Assembly: GCA_041653535.1 (NCBI GenBank)
Contig: JBAZFH010000001.1
Span: 86,175 to 150,174, forward strand
From: Patescibacteria group bacterium
Lineage (GTDB): Bacteria; Patescibacteriota; Patescibacteriia; JACRDY01
Reading direction: 5' to 3'
Length of the DNA stretch: 64,000 bases
Part shown: piece by piece, positions 30,922 to 40,869 of the stretch
Layout of the letters: every line of letters begins with the position of its first letter
Numbering within the stretch: the first letter of the stretch is position 1
Translations under genes and position numbers: made by a program
The notes under the pieces: generated by a model
Told to the model about the DNA's origin: nothing
What the model saw: the letters and a program-made list of their open reading frames with translations, nothing else
Database searches by the model: none

Positions 30922-32643
30922 ATGAAGAAAGTTCTTTTGTTAACCGCGGTTGTTTTAGCCGTGCTTTTTCTCGGCTGTGCCGGGGAGGATACGGTGTTGG
31001 ATAAAGAGTCGGCATCGTCGATCGATGATGACGATGATAACAACGATAACGATAACAACGATAACGACACTGTCGACGATGATGTCGACGATGATGATGA
31101 CGATGACGATGACAACGACGACAATAATGACAATGATGATAACAACGATAACGATAACAACGATAACGACACTGTCGACGATGATGACGACGATGACAAT
31201 GACGATGACAATGACGATGACAACGACGACAACGATAACAACGACGATGATAACGACGACACTTCGCCGCCGTCGGTTTGCACGGTAACGCTAGCCGGAA
31301 CCGAATTGTTCATTTACTACCCGGAACAACCGATTGATTTGGTTGACTTCGGGTGTGATGACCCGGGTACGGCGTGTGACCTGCTGACGGTCACACTGAA
31401 TCCTCAGGGCGGGCATATTTATCATGTCGTGGTTCCGGCAGGGAATTACGACTCGGCGAGACCGAAGACGCTGGCAGGCGGGTATTTTAATCTGTCTGCT
31501 TGCGAATATTATGGTGAAGTCTCGTGGACGCCGACCTGCGACGGAGGTATTGTTGATTTCACACCCGGCGTTTTCAAGGGTGTGGATGTAGATTTCTCCT
31601 ACATGCCAACGATCGGTATGGTGGGAGAAGTAATGAATTTTTTCGACCAGTCGTGCACTTCGCCGCTGGTTGATCCGGTGGATTTGCAGTATTATTGGTC
31701 CTTCGGCGACGGTACTACTCCGGGGTTTGGGGCGGACGTCAATCATACTTACGCCACCGCCGGCAGCTATGTCGTACATCTGGATATCTACGATGGCGTG
31801 TATACGTATGCGACCCAAAAAGTCGTTTATGTTATCGCGCCGGTCCAGTGTTATAACAACTCCGACTGTGACGATGGCGTTTTCTGCAACGGGCAGGAAG
31901 TATGTGTTGGCGGTAGTTGTGTCGCTGGCGACACCCCCTGTGGTGACGACAGTGTTTTCTGCAACGGCGTTGAAGGATGTAACGAAAACACGGATAACTG
32001 CACTTCCAGCGGTTATCCGTGTGGTGACGACGGTGTTTTCTGCAACGGGCAGGAAACATGTAATGAGTCGGTAAACAGTTGCGCGCACACCGGCAATCCT
32101 TGCGATACTAACGGTGGCGAGGTTTGCGACGAGAATCTCGCCCAGTGTGTGATCCCGCCGCCGACTTGCGACGACAACTCCGACTGTGACGATGGCGTTT
32201 TCTGCAACGGGCAGGAAACATGCGTTGGCGGGACATGTTTTGAATCCGCCATTGATCCTTGCGATGACGGTCATTTCTGCACGATTGATTCGTGCGACGA
32301 AGCGACTGACATGTGCGGGGGTGCGGGGTCTCCCTGTTTGCCGGAGGAGACCTGCGACGAGTCGACTGACGAGTGTGTAGCGCCGGTCTGCACTGTTGAG
32401 GTTGACACTATGCAATGCATGGCTTGGCGGCGATATGAAGGCGAACGCTTCGTGATCTACGATCAGGGAGCGATCGATGAACATTTGTGGAAGATGGTGA
32501 GCGGTCCGTTTAACGGCTGCTCGTTTTTCCCGGAGGGCGACGATGATGCCGCTCGACTAACGTGGTGTAATTCGCATTACGCCATGGTCGACTGCGCTAT
32601 CGCCGAGCGCCATGACGGCTTTTGGAACTGCAGTTTCAAATAG
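30922..32643 (+). CDS. Lipoprotein with D/N-rich spacer, PKD-like domain and cysteine-rich '[15 protein letters not shown]' repeats, encoded in the high-GC island
   Basis: Lipobox 'LFLGC'. PKD-like '[12 protein letters not shown]...[19 protein letters not shown]'. At least 6 Cys repeats resembling Myxococcus-type cysteine-rich repeats. Confidence 0.6.
   Translation: MKKVLLLTAVVLAVLFLGCAGEDTVLDKESASSIDDDDDNNDNDNNDNDTVDDDVDDDDDDDDDNDDNNDNDDNNDNDNNDNDTVDDDDDDDNDDDNDDDNDDNDNNDDDNDDTSPPSVCTVTLAGTELFIYYPEQPIDLVDFGCDDPGTACDLLTVTLNPQGGHIYHVVVPAGNYDSARPKTLAGGYFNLSACEYYGEVSWTPTCDGGIVDFTPGVFKGVDVDFSYMPTIGMVGEVMNFFDQSCTSPLVDPVDLQYYWSFGDGTTPGFGADVNHTYATAGSYVVHLDIYDGVYTYATQKVVYVIAPVQCYNNSDCDDGVFCNGQEVCVGGSCVAGDTPCGDDSVFCNGVEGCNENTDNCTSSGYPCGDDGVFCNGQETCNESVNSCAHTGNPCDTNGGEVCDENLAQCVIPPPTCDDNSDCDDGVFCNGQETCVGGTCFESAIDPCDDGHFCTIDSCDEATDMCGGAGSPCLPEETCDESTDECVAPVCTVEVDTMQCMAWRRYEGERFVIYDQGAIDEHLWKMVSGPFNGCSFFPEGDDDAARLTWCNSHYAMVDCAIAERHDGFWNCSFK
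31021..31263 (+). repeat. In-frame imperfect tandem repeat (period 102 bp, ~2.4 copies) encoding Asp/Asn low-complexity
   Basis: 'aacgataacgataacaacgataacgacactgtcgacgatgat' occurs at 31042 and again at 31144. Confidence 0.75.
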
Positions 32644-32663
32644 TCGTTTCATTAATCTCAATC

Positions 32664-32695
32664 GGGGTGGTCCAAGACCGCCCCTTTTCTTTTTG
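32664..32695 (+). terminator. Rho-independent terminator at the island end
   Basis: 'ggggtggtccaagaccgcccc' hairpin followed by 'ttttctttttg'. Confidence 0.6.
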
Positions 32696-32764
32696 AAAAA
32701 AATTTGAAAAATTAGGCAAAAAATGTTAGAATAAAATTAAAACAAGGTATTAATAATTACTTTT

Positions 32765-34222
32765 TTGTTGTTTTTTGGCTTTACTTTAAATATGCATAAA
32801 TTTTCTAAAGAGTTCGTATTTACCGCTATCGCGATATTGGCGATCAGTCTTTTTACGGTGGTTAGTATTTTTTGGTCTTTTAACCTGCTATTGTATGTAT
32901 TTTGTTTTGCTATTGCCGGACTAGCTATTTTAAAATTTCCCCAAGTCGGCGTTTATGCGATTATATTTTGCACCATGGTTTTTGAGCGCTGGTTTACCTT
33001 GCAGTCTTTAGTTTGGGCGGATCAAGCGATAAAATTTTATCCCCTAGATTTAATTATCGTTTTTACTGTCATCTCTCTTTTTTTACACTGGAAGGTCGGT
33101 CAAAGGTTTGTCTTTGCCGGCAAGGGTTTGCGCTGGGCGTTGTGGCTTTGGCTGGCAGTGATTACCGGCAGTTTTATTCGTTCGTTTTCAGAGGTTAGTG
33201 CTGATTTTTCTTCTTCTTTTTCGACATTTAAAAATTTTGCCGTGTACTTTGTCGTTTATTTATTGTTAGTTAATATTATAAAAAACAAAGAACAGTTTGA
33301 CCGGATGATAAAAGTCATGATTTCTGCCGGTGTGATTTTGGTTTATTTCATCGTCTACGGACTGGTCAGCGGACAGGGGATATGGGTCGAATATGTACCG
33401 TTATCAACTCCGGGAACGCGGTTGCTCGGCGGACCGCACAGTTTTTACCTGACAGCGTTGATAATCATTTTGATTAATATTTTAGCTTTTCGCAGTAAAT
33501 GGACCAAGACCGAATATTTTTACCTGACTTTACTTGGCGTTTTTTTCGTCGGATTGCTTGCTTCACTGCAAAGACATTTATGGCTGGCGCTGATTCTGGG
33601 TTTAGCCATAACCTTTTTTTATTATCAGGCGGAGCAGAGAAAAAAGTTTTTTCAAATGATTGGCTTTGGTTTACTGGTTTTGCTTTTTGTCGCTCTTTTG
33701 TCGTTTTGGCTTTATTCCTGGCAGACGACTAATTTTTTGACCGACGCGGAGTTGACCCATTCTCTTCAATTCAGGCTGTTTTCTTTTTTTACTGCCGAAA
33801 GCCAGGATTCCAGCGCGATGTGGCGGCTAGCCTCCTGGCAATCAGCCTGGCAGGTATTCAGTGCTAATCCGCTCTGGGGTATTGGTTTTGGCAAGCGACT
33901 TAATTTTGATATTAGCGGTTTGGAATACAATATTGAAATGCGCGACCTGCATAACGATTTTGTCGGCATGGCGGTACAAATGGGTTTTTTTGGTATATTG
34001 ATTATTTTGTCTTTGTTTTACGGTTTGTGGCGATTTTTCAAAAATCATTACAGAAAAATGTTACCTGAATATAAAGGCCATCTCTTGACATTTTTTACCT
34101 TAGCTATAATGTTTTTATGGTCTGCCAATTTTGGCATTTATTTTGACATCAATATGTTAGTGGTGTTTTTTTGGGTATTTTTGGGCAGTATGGTAGCGGT
34201 TAGCCGGGTTGGCGGAAAATAA
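32765..34222 (+). CDS. O-antigen polymerase/ligase-like (Wzy-type) polytopic membrane protein
   Basis: 485 aa, >10 TM, with a large extracytoplasmic loop near the C-terminus 'RLASWQSAWQVFSANPLWGIGFG' (Wzy_C-like). Confidence 0.5.
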   Translation: MLFFGFTLNMHKFSKEFVFTAIAILAISLFTVVSIFWSFNLLLYVFCFAIAGLAILKFPQVGVYAIIFCTMVFERWFTLQSLVWADQAIKFYPLDLIIVFTVISLFLHWKVGQRFVFAGKGLRWALWLWLAVITGSFIRSFSEVSADFSSSFSTFKNFAVYFVVYLLLVNIIKNKEQFDRMIKVMISAGVILVYFIVYGLVSGQGIWVEYVPLSTPGTRLLGGPHSFYLTALIIILINILAFRSKWTKTEYFYLTLLGVFFVGLLASLQRHLWLALILGLAITFFYYQAEQRKKFFQMIGFGLLVLLFVALLSFWLYSWQTTNFLTDAELTHSLQFRLFSFFTAESQDSSAMWRLASWQSAWQVFSANPLWGIGFGKRLNFDISGLEYNIEMRDLHNDFVGMAVQMGFFGILIILSLFYGLWRFFKNHYRKMLPEYKGHLLTFFTLAIMFLWSANFGIYFDINMLVVFFWVFLGSMVAVSRVGGK

Positions 34223-35486
34223 TTTTTTTAAAAAATCTATGAGAGTTTTACAGGTAAATAAATTTTATTATTTAGCTCGGGGCGCTGAGCGGTATTATTT
34301 TGATCTCAAAAAATTGCTTGAAGATAACGGCAACGAAGTGATTCCCTTTGCCATGGCTAATATCAGAAACCAAGCTACGCCTTATCAGGATTATTTTGCC
34401 AAGAATGTCGATTTAAAAAGACCAAATTATTCATTAGATTCGTTGAGAAAGGCTAAAAATATTATTTACAACCGCGCGGCGCAACAAGATGTGGCGCGTT
34501 TGATTATAAAAACTCATCCGCAACTTGTTCATATCCATAATATTTATCACCAGCTGTCACCGGCGATTTTGCCGGTTTTTAAGCATTTTAAACTGCCGGT
34601 GGTAATGACGATTCATGATTTTAAGTTGATTTGTCCTAATTACAGTTTGTTTATTGGTGGCAAAACTTGTGAACGGTGCAAGGTGCATCGTTATTACAAT
34701 TGCGTCTTGCACCGTTGTCTCAAGAATTCTTTTGGCGCTTCGACTGTGGCGGCGGCGGAAATGTATGTTCACAGTGCTTTAAAAACTTATCAGAAAAATG
34801 TTGATATTTTTATTGCTCCCAGCCAGTTTGTCAAAACCAAACTCGTCGAGTGGGGATGGCCGACAGAAAAAATAAAAGTAATACCGCATTTTACTCTTCC
34901 ACAACCAAAATTAGTCTTACCTAGGGCCAAAAATTATATTTTTTGTTTTGGCGCTTTGGAGCGCGGCAAGGGAATAGAAGAGTTAATTCGTGCTCTTTAT
35001 AGTGAGAAAATAGATATCGATTTGCATGTCGCCGGTGAAGGGTCGGATCGTAAAAATTTGGAAAAATTGGTTGATAAATATAATTTGGGCTATCGAGTGC
35101 AGTTTTTGGGCAAGCTCGGAGAAGAGCAATTAAAAGAAGAAATTCGTCATTGTAAGTTCGTTGTTGTGCCATCTATACAATACGAAGCTTTTGGCTTAAC
35201 CGTGTTGGAAGCTTTTAGCTATGGCAAGCCGGCGTTGGTATCCACCCAAGGTGCTTTGCCGGAACTGATCATCGGTCAGGTGGGCAGGATATTCAATCCA
35301 CAGAAAAAAGGATCACTTGGTGCTAACTTACGGGCAATGCTAGACGATCCTAATTTGGAGCAAATAGGAAAAAACGCTCAAGAATTGGCGCGAATCAAAT
35401 ATGGACCGCAAGAGCATTATCAAAGGATAATGGATGTCTATAATCAATTATTAGGTGGGGAAAAATATGAAACGCCGCCGCGGTAA
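34209..35486 (+). CDS. Glycosyltransferase family 4
   Basis: GT-B C-terminal 'EAFGLTVLEAFSYGKPALVS' (E-X7-E region). The start is probably ATG 34239. Confidence 0.75.
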   Translation: MAENNFFKKSMRVLQVNKFYYLARGAERYYFDLKKLLEDNGNEVIPFAMANIRNQATPYQDYFAKNVDLKRPNYSLDSLRKAKNIIYNRAAQQDVARLIIKTHPQLVHIHNIYHQLSPAILPVFKHFKLPVVMTIHDFKLICPNYSLFIGGKTCERCKVHRYYNCVLHRCLKNSFGASTVAAAEMYVHSALKTYQKNVDIFIAPSQFVKTKLVEWGWPTEKIKVIPHFTLPQPKLVLPRAKNYIFCFGALERGKGIEELIRALYSEKIDIDLHVAGEGSDRKNLEKLVDKYNLGYRVQFLGKLGEEQLKEEIRHCKFVVVPSIQYEAFGLTVLEAFSYGKPALVSTQGALPELIIGQVGRIFNPQKKGSLGANLRAMLDDPNLEQIGKNAQELARIKYGPQEHYQRIMDVYNQLLGGEKYETPPR

Positions 35487-37539
35487 AGGTAGAAAAATTT
35501 TAGCAAAGTTAACCAATGTTTTAATACCATTGGTGATTTTGGTAATGGTTTTTGTTTTTTTCTCCTGGCATCCGGCGTCGGTAAAAAGCAGTCAGTATCC
35601 CAGGCTAGCCAATTATTTTCTCAAAACTCCTATTACCGATGATGAGGCGGTTAAATTAGCCAAATGGGATTTAGTAATATTGGGTATGCAGGCTCAGGAA
35701 ACTTCTCCGGAACAGATTAAAAAAATCAAACAGCTTAATCCCGAGATAAAAATTTTAGCTTATGTCGCCAGTCAAGAATTTCCTCGCGGTCATTACGACA
35801 AGATCGAAAGCGTCAACGGTCCGTGGCACAAATTGTTAGCGGGTATGAGCGATGGCTGGTGGCTGATGCGTTCTAATGGTGAACATTTTTCTTCTTGGCC
35901 AGGCAACTGGTCGATCAACGTTACTAACCAAGCGCCGGTAAATGCGTCGGGACAGCGTTGGAATACTTATTTAGCGCAGTTTATGCACGACCAGGTAATG
36001 TCGACCGGACTGTGGGATGGTATTTTTTATGATAATGTTTGGGGCAGCGCTTCTTGGGTTGGTGACGGCGACATGGACATTAACCGTGACGGGGCAAAGG
36101 ACAACCCAACTTGGCTCAACACTGCCTGGAATGAAGGTATGCGTACAATGCTGGGTAAATCTCGACAGCTGGAAGGACCGGATAAAATAATACTTGGTAA
36201 CGGTACTAATGATTATAAAGATTTTCTTAACGGACGATTAATCGAAAACGCTTACGCCTGGAAAGATTGGGTGACTGATCAATATGCTTATACTGACTAT
36301 ATGTCTTATGGTCAAAATCCCAAATCAACGGTAGTCAATAATAACACGGCTAATACCGGTGACTGGCAAAATTATCGTTTGATGCGCTACGGATTAGCTT
36401 CAACTATGATGAATAATGGTTATTATAGTTTTGATTATGGTACGCAAAGTCACGGCGAATTGTGGTGGTATGACGAATATGACGTGGATTTGGGTCAGCC
36501 GATATCAGCCGCTTATAATACCGACACCGGTTCATCAGAGATCGCGCCGGGATTGTGGCGGCGAGACTATGAAAAAGGCGTAGTGTTTCTTAATTCGGGA
36601 AAAGAGGGCAGGATAATAACTTTAGGTGACGAAGAGTTTGAAAAAATATCCGGCAAACAGGACCCGACAGTTAATGACGGTTCAAGGGTTAATTATGTCA
36701 GCTTGTCCGGCGCTGACGGAGTGATTATGTATCGACCGTTGTCAGAGATTATCGGCAGTCCTTTTGTCAACGGCACTTTTGTTCGTATTTTTAGCGCTAC
36801 CGGCGAGCGTCTGCGCGGCGGATTTTATACTTACAAAAGACAATACCCTGGATTATCGCAGATAATAATTATTGATATTGATGCTGATGGGGAAATGGAA
36901 ACAATCGTGGCTGGTCGTTCCGGCGTTGATATTTATAGCTCCAACGGAGTAAAAGAGAGAACTTTTTATCCTTATGGTGAAAAATACAACAAGGGCGTAA
37001 ACATCGCTGTTGGTGATTTTGGCGATGACGGTACTAAAAAGATAATTACCGGCACGGAAAATGGCGGCGGTCCGCATATTCGGATTTTTAATAATCAGGG
37101 CAGACTGCTTAGTCCTGGATTTTTTGCTTATGGCACCGATTATCGCGGGGGAGTAAACGTTGCCCTGGGAGACCTCAACGGCGATGGTGTAGATGAAATA
37201 GTGGCCGGAGCGGGTGTGTCCGGCGGTCCGCAGATCAGAATTTTTAATAAAGACGGAAAACTACTTTCTGCTGGTTGGTTTGCTTATGATAAAAAATTTC
37301 GCGGAGGAGTAAATGTGTCAGTCGGTGATTTGAACGGTGATGGCAAAGCAGAAATAGTAACAGCGCCGGGATTTGGCGGCAGTCCGGAGGTAAAAGTCTG
37401 GGATTCTAGGGGTAAACAAATAGGTAAGAGTTTTATGGCTTTTGATCCAAGCAACAAAGACGGTGTGGAGGTTTTGTTGAACGATATTAATTATGACGGT
37501 AGTTTAGAGATTATACCCACCAGTCCCAATGTATTTTAA
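35455..37539 (+). CDS. Predicted TIM-barrel glycoside-hydrolase-like (GHL/GH114-like) domain fused to FG-GAP beta-propeller repeats
   Basis: N-terminal TM. 'WDGIFYDNVW' resembles the GHL/GH114 'DG.F.D' motif. At least 5 C-terminal repeats 'GD.NGDG..EIV.G...GGGP.IRIF'. Confidence 0.55.
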   Translation: MGKNMKRRRGKGRKILAKLTNVLIPLVILVMVFVFFSWHPASVKSSQYPRLANYFLKTPITDDEAVKLAKWDLVILGMQAQETSPEQIKKIKQLNPEIKILAYVASQEFPRGHYDKIESVNGPWHKLLAGMSDGWWLMRSNGEHFSSWPGNWSINVTNQAPVNASGQRWNTYLAQFMHDQVMSTGLWDGIFYDNVWGSASWVGDGDMDINRDGAKDNPTWLNTAWNEGMRTMLGKSRQLEGPDKIILGNGTNDYKDFLNGRLIENAYAWKDWVTDQYAYTDYMSYGQNPKSTVVNNNTANTGDWQNYRLMRYGLASTMMNNGYYSFDYGTQSHGELWWYDEYDVDLGQPISAAYNTDTGSSEIAPGLWRRDYEKGVVFLNSGKEGRIITLGDEEFEKISGKQDPTVNDGSRVNYVSLSGADGVIMYRPLSEIIGSPFVNGTFVRIFSATGERLRGGFYTYKRQYPGLSQIIIIDIDADGEMETIVAGRSGVDIYSSNGVKERTFYPYGEKYNKGVNIAVGDFGDDGTKKIITGTENGGGPHIRIFNNQGRLLSPGFFAYGTDYRGGVNVALGDLNGDGVDEIVAGAGVSGGPQIRIFNKDGKLLSAGWFAYDKKFRGGVNVSVGDLNGDGKAEIVTAPGFGGSPEVKVWDSRGKQIGKSFMAFDPSNKDGVEVLLNDINYDGSLEIIPTSPNVF

Positions 37540-37559
37540 ATATTGAAATAGTAAAAAAT

Positions 37560-39365
37560 ATGAAAGGCGTAATTGATTTAACTTTCGGACCATTTCGTTT
37601 GATTTTTCGCCGCCTAGGCAAACGCTATCAGGTTCGCTATAAATTTAACAAAAAACATCTTGTCGCCGATACGGTATTGTTTTTAGGGGTGGTGTTTTTG
37701 ATCGTATTTAATATTTATATCACCGTAGTTTTTACAAAATGGGCGGTGTCTCTGGGTGTAGATATGAATATTAAAGTAGAAAAACAAGTATTAAATGGTG
37801 CTCAGACTAAAATAGTAATAAATTATGATAATTCCAGGAAAAATGGTCGTTTAGTCGACGCTAAGTTGTCTTTGCAGTTACCTGAGGATTTTGTCCTTAA
37901 AGAAACTTCTAACGGTCAGTATGATGTTGTCAGTAGTAGTTTGTTAATTGGCGAGATCAAACCCGGAACCAGCGAAAAATTGGAATTATTAGGTGAAAAT
38001 TGGGGAAATTACGATACGACAGAAAAAATTTACGCTCGCCTTGATTATACCCAAGAGCGAACGATAAATGATCGGGTGGTTAGTTGGCGGGAAGAAAATA
38101 TTACTTCTGCTATCTATAAAATTTCTGGTTCAATGCTTGATTGCGGATTTATCTTGCCGCCGTTGGTTACTAACGGTAGTGACTTTGATTTTCAGCTTAA
38201 TTGTCAAAATAACTATGACGCGGATATTAATAAGGCAAGACTGTTGATTGTCCCTGGTGACGGTCTAGCGGTGAAGGCGACCAAACCACAGCTATCCAAA
38301 AATTTTTGGACACTAGGTGATTTGACAACCGGAGTCAAAGAAGATTTGTCTGGTAGTGCCAGTTTTAATATGCCAGCCGAGGCTGTAGAAGGAAATATTG
38401 GTTTTCAGCTCTACGGCTTTCATAATGGCAAGGCTTTGCTTTTGGATAAAAAAGAATCAACGGTTAAGATATTTCATCCTCATTTTTCTCTTGCCGTCCA
38501 GGTAAATGGAGCAGATAAATATTGGCCGATACCGGGCGAAGAAGTGAACTATCTACTCAATTACCAAAACCAAGAAGACTTTGATATTGCTGACGCTAAA
38601 GTTAAACTCGATTTTTCTCCCGCCGTATTTGATGTCAGCACTTGGAAATCTGGTCAAAAAGCAGTTTGGGACGGCAGTAATGCAACTTTAGACATCGGCG
38701 CTCTTACTATGGGACAAAAAGGGGAGATTGCCTTTAGTGTTAAAACAAAAAAACAAAATAGCGTCAGAGATTTGGAAATAACTCCTCGTGTCAGCTACGC
38801 GGTAGATTACCAGGGTCAACATCTGACCGTTGATGCAGAACTGCCGGCGATCAAACAGTCGTTTAGCGCTAACTTAGAGCTGGAATCTTTTGCTCGCTAT
38901 TACACGGTAGAGGGGGAGCAGCTAGGCATCGGTCCGTTGCCACCGGTTGTGGGCATTCCTACTCAGTATCGGATGTTTTGGCAAATTAGCAATGCTTTTA
39001 ATGCCGTTAAAGACGTTTGGGTTAGCTGTGTGTTACCAAATAATGTTATTTGGACGGGGCAAGAAAGTGTTAATACTGGATCGGGGCTGGAATTTAATTC
39101 TAAGACTCGAGAAATGATTTGGCGTTTACCTCGACTCGAGTCGTCCGTGGGAATAAAAAGTATCCCGGCGATAGCCAACTTTTCTTTGGAGCTAACGCCG
39201 TTAGTTAGTCAGTTAGGGCAGAATGCTATTATTGCTAAAGATGTGAAAATTAGCGCTACCGACGAGGTAAGTGGCAGAAAACTTGAGTTATTTTTGGGCG
39301 ATTTATTAACTAATCTACCAGGAGATAAAAAAGCTTCTAATCGTGGGAGAATAGTTAATTTTTAG
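37560..39365 (+). CDS. Hypothetical membrane-anchored extracellular protein (beta-sandwich repeats, DUF11-like)
   Basis: 601 aa with one N-terminal TM and repeated beta-rich ~100-aa segments. Confidence 0.4.
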   Translation: MKGVIDLTFGPFRLIFRRLGKRYQVRYKFNKKHLVADTVLFLGVVFLIVFNIYITVVFTKWAVSLGVDMNIKVEKQVLNGAQTKIVINYDNSRKNGRLVDAKLSLQLPEDFVLKETSNGQYDVVSSSLLIGEIKPGTSEKLELLGENWGNYDTTEKIYARLDYTQERTINDRVVSWREENITSAIYKISGSMLDCGFILPPLVTNGSDFDFQLNCQNNYDADINKARLLIVPGDGLAVKATKPQLSKNFWTLGDLTTGVKEDLSGSASFNMPAEAVEGNIGFQLYGFHNGKALLLDKKESTVKIFHPHFSLAVQVNGADKYWPIPGEEVNYLLNYQNQEDFDIADAKVKLDFSPAVFDVSTWKSGQKAVWDGSNATLDIGALTMGQKGEIAFSVKTKKQNSVRDLEITPRVSYAVDYQGQHLTVDAELPAIKQSFSANLELESFARYYTVEGEQLGIGPLPPVVGIPTQYRMFWQISNAFNAVKDVWVSCVLPNNVIWTGQESVNTGSGLEFNSKTREMIWRLPRLESSVGIKSIPAIANFSLELTPLVSQLGQNAIIAKDVKISATDEVSGRKLELFLGDLLTNLPGDKKASNRGRIVNF

Positions 39366-39442
39366 TAAAAATGTTTAAAATTAGATAAAAAACATGGGTG
39401 GAAATACCCTTGTTTTTTTAGTCTTTTTGTGTTGACAAAAAT
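39303..39442 (+). repeat. Left copy of a ~140-bp direct repeat (3' end of the upstream CDS plus the downstream promoter region)
   Basis: ~98% identical to 41411-41552: one substitution (a/g) and one T-run indel. Confidence 0.9.
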
Positions 39443-39517
39443 ATTATTATAGTATATTTTTTAGTCAGTACAACAGAAAAATTTTTCTGTCTTTGACAAC
39501 AAATAAAGGAGACATCT

Positions 39518-40819
39518 ATGAATACGACGGCAAGAGTTGCGTTAGTGTATCCAGAGGTTTATGACCTTGCTCACTTCAAGGAAAAAAGAAAAGAATTTCC
39601 TCCTTTTGGGGTATTGTATCTCGCTTCTTTTCTTGAAAAAAATAATATTGAAGTTAAGATATTTAAGACCGTTAGCGGGGATGAGCAATATGATTTTAGG
39701 GGTTATGATGTGGTTGGTTTTAGTATACCAGCTTCAGCGACATACAATCTTCTTAAAAATGTAAGATTTTTAGCTCGCTATTCAAAAGATGTTGTAATCG
39801 CTGTGGGCGGTGTTCACCCTAGTTTTTATCCCCAAAAAACCTTTATTGATTTTAAAGCCGATGTGGTAGCGATCGGATGTGGTGAAAGAACTATCGTTGA
39901 TATAGTTAATGCTTGCCATGATAAAGATTTTTCTCGAGTAAGTGGCGTCTGCTGTTTTAGTGGTCAATCTTTGGTCATAAACCAGGCAGGTCCTCTAGAT
40001 AAAGATATTGATTGGCTTGCTTTTCCTGCCAGACATTTGCTTGACGAGTCAGACTTTATTATGAATAATCGGTTGGCAGGCACCGATATTCGTATGACAC
40101 ATATAATGTTAAGTAGGGGTTGCCCCTTCTCCTGTCGCTTTTGTGCTGTAATGCAAAAGAAGTTACAATATCGTTCTGGTGTTAATGCAAAAACCGAACT
40201 CGAGTACTTAAAGCGTGAATATCAGATCAATGGGTTTGCAATTGTTGATGACAATTTTGTGGTCGACAAAAGGGCAGTTAATGTCTTGTGTAAGGAGATA
40301 GGTGGTCTCGGGCTAGCCTGGTCTGCGCTCTCTCGAGTTGATACAGTTGACTACGAATTGCTTGAGGTCATGCAAGATGCTGGATGTCTCGAACTTAAAT
40401 TTGGAATAGAGTCCGGGAGTGAGCGAATGCTCCAAGCCATGGGTAAGAACATCTCTTGTAATCAAATACGTAGAGCCATCACCCTGTCTTTTTCCCTGGG
40501 TATCAAGGTAAAAGCTTTCCTAGTACATGGTTTTCCCGGGGAAGACATGTCGAGTACCCAAGAGACTATTTCGCTCCTTAAAGACATCGGTGGTATGATT
40601 GACAGGGTTTCTCTTTTTCGTTTCACCCCTCTTCCAGGATCGTATGTTTTCAATAATGCAAGCAAGTTCGGCTTGTTAATTCCTGAAAATATTGAAGACT
40701 GGAGTAGATTCCACATCTATCATAATAATTATCATTGGTGGGGGAGCGCAGAAGACTTTCATCAGGTTGAAGTTTCTTATAGCGAACTCGAAAAATTTAT
40801 TACTGACAATTGGCAGTAA
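39518..40819 (+). CDS. B12-binding domain/radical SAM protein (class B radical SAM-like)
   Basis: N-terminal B12-binding-like 'FPPFGVLYLASFL'. Radical SAM 'CPFSCRFCAV' (CxxxCxxC). Confidence 0.8.
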   Translation: MNTTARVALVYPEVYDLAHFKEKRKEFPPFGVLYLASFLEKNNIEVKIFKTVSGDEQYDFRGYDVVGFSIPASATYNLLKNVRFLARYSKDVVIAVGGVHPSFYPQKTFIDFKADVVAIGCGERTIVDIVNACHDKDFSRVSGVCCFSGQSLVINQAGPLDKDIDWLAFPARHLLDESDFIMNNRLAGTDIRMTHIMLSRGCPFSCRFCAVMQKKLQYRSGVNAKTELEYLKREYQINGFAIVDDNFVVDKRAVNVLCKEIGGLGLAWSALSRVDTVDYELLEVMQDAGCLELKFGIESGSERMLQAMGKNISCNQIRRAITLSFSLGIKVKAFLVHGFPGEDMSSTQETISLLKDIGGMIDRVSLFRFTPLPGSYVFNNASKFGLLIPENIEDWSRFHIYHNNYHWWGSAEDFHQVEVSYSELEKFITDNWQ

Positions 40820-40837
40820 TAAATTTAAAATTCAAAA

Positions 40838-40867
40838 GTTGTGTCTTGAAAACACGACTTTTTTTTA
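40838..40867. terminator. Bidirectional terminator between convergent genes
   Basis: 'gttgtgtcttgaaaacacgac' hairpin followed by a T9 run. Confidence 0.45.
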
Positions 40868-40869
40868 GT

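Noticed and set aside
30894-32484. Minus-strand ORFs (139 aa Ser/Leu-rich; 397 aa) and alternate-frame + ORFs (30977-31288, 31670-32074, etc.) inside the island
   Set aside because: They are antisense or alternate-frame products of high-GC, repeat-rich coding sequence. The + frame lipoprotein ORF has signal peptide, PKD motif and Cys repeats and is the real gene.
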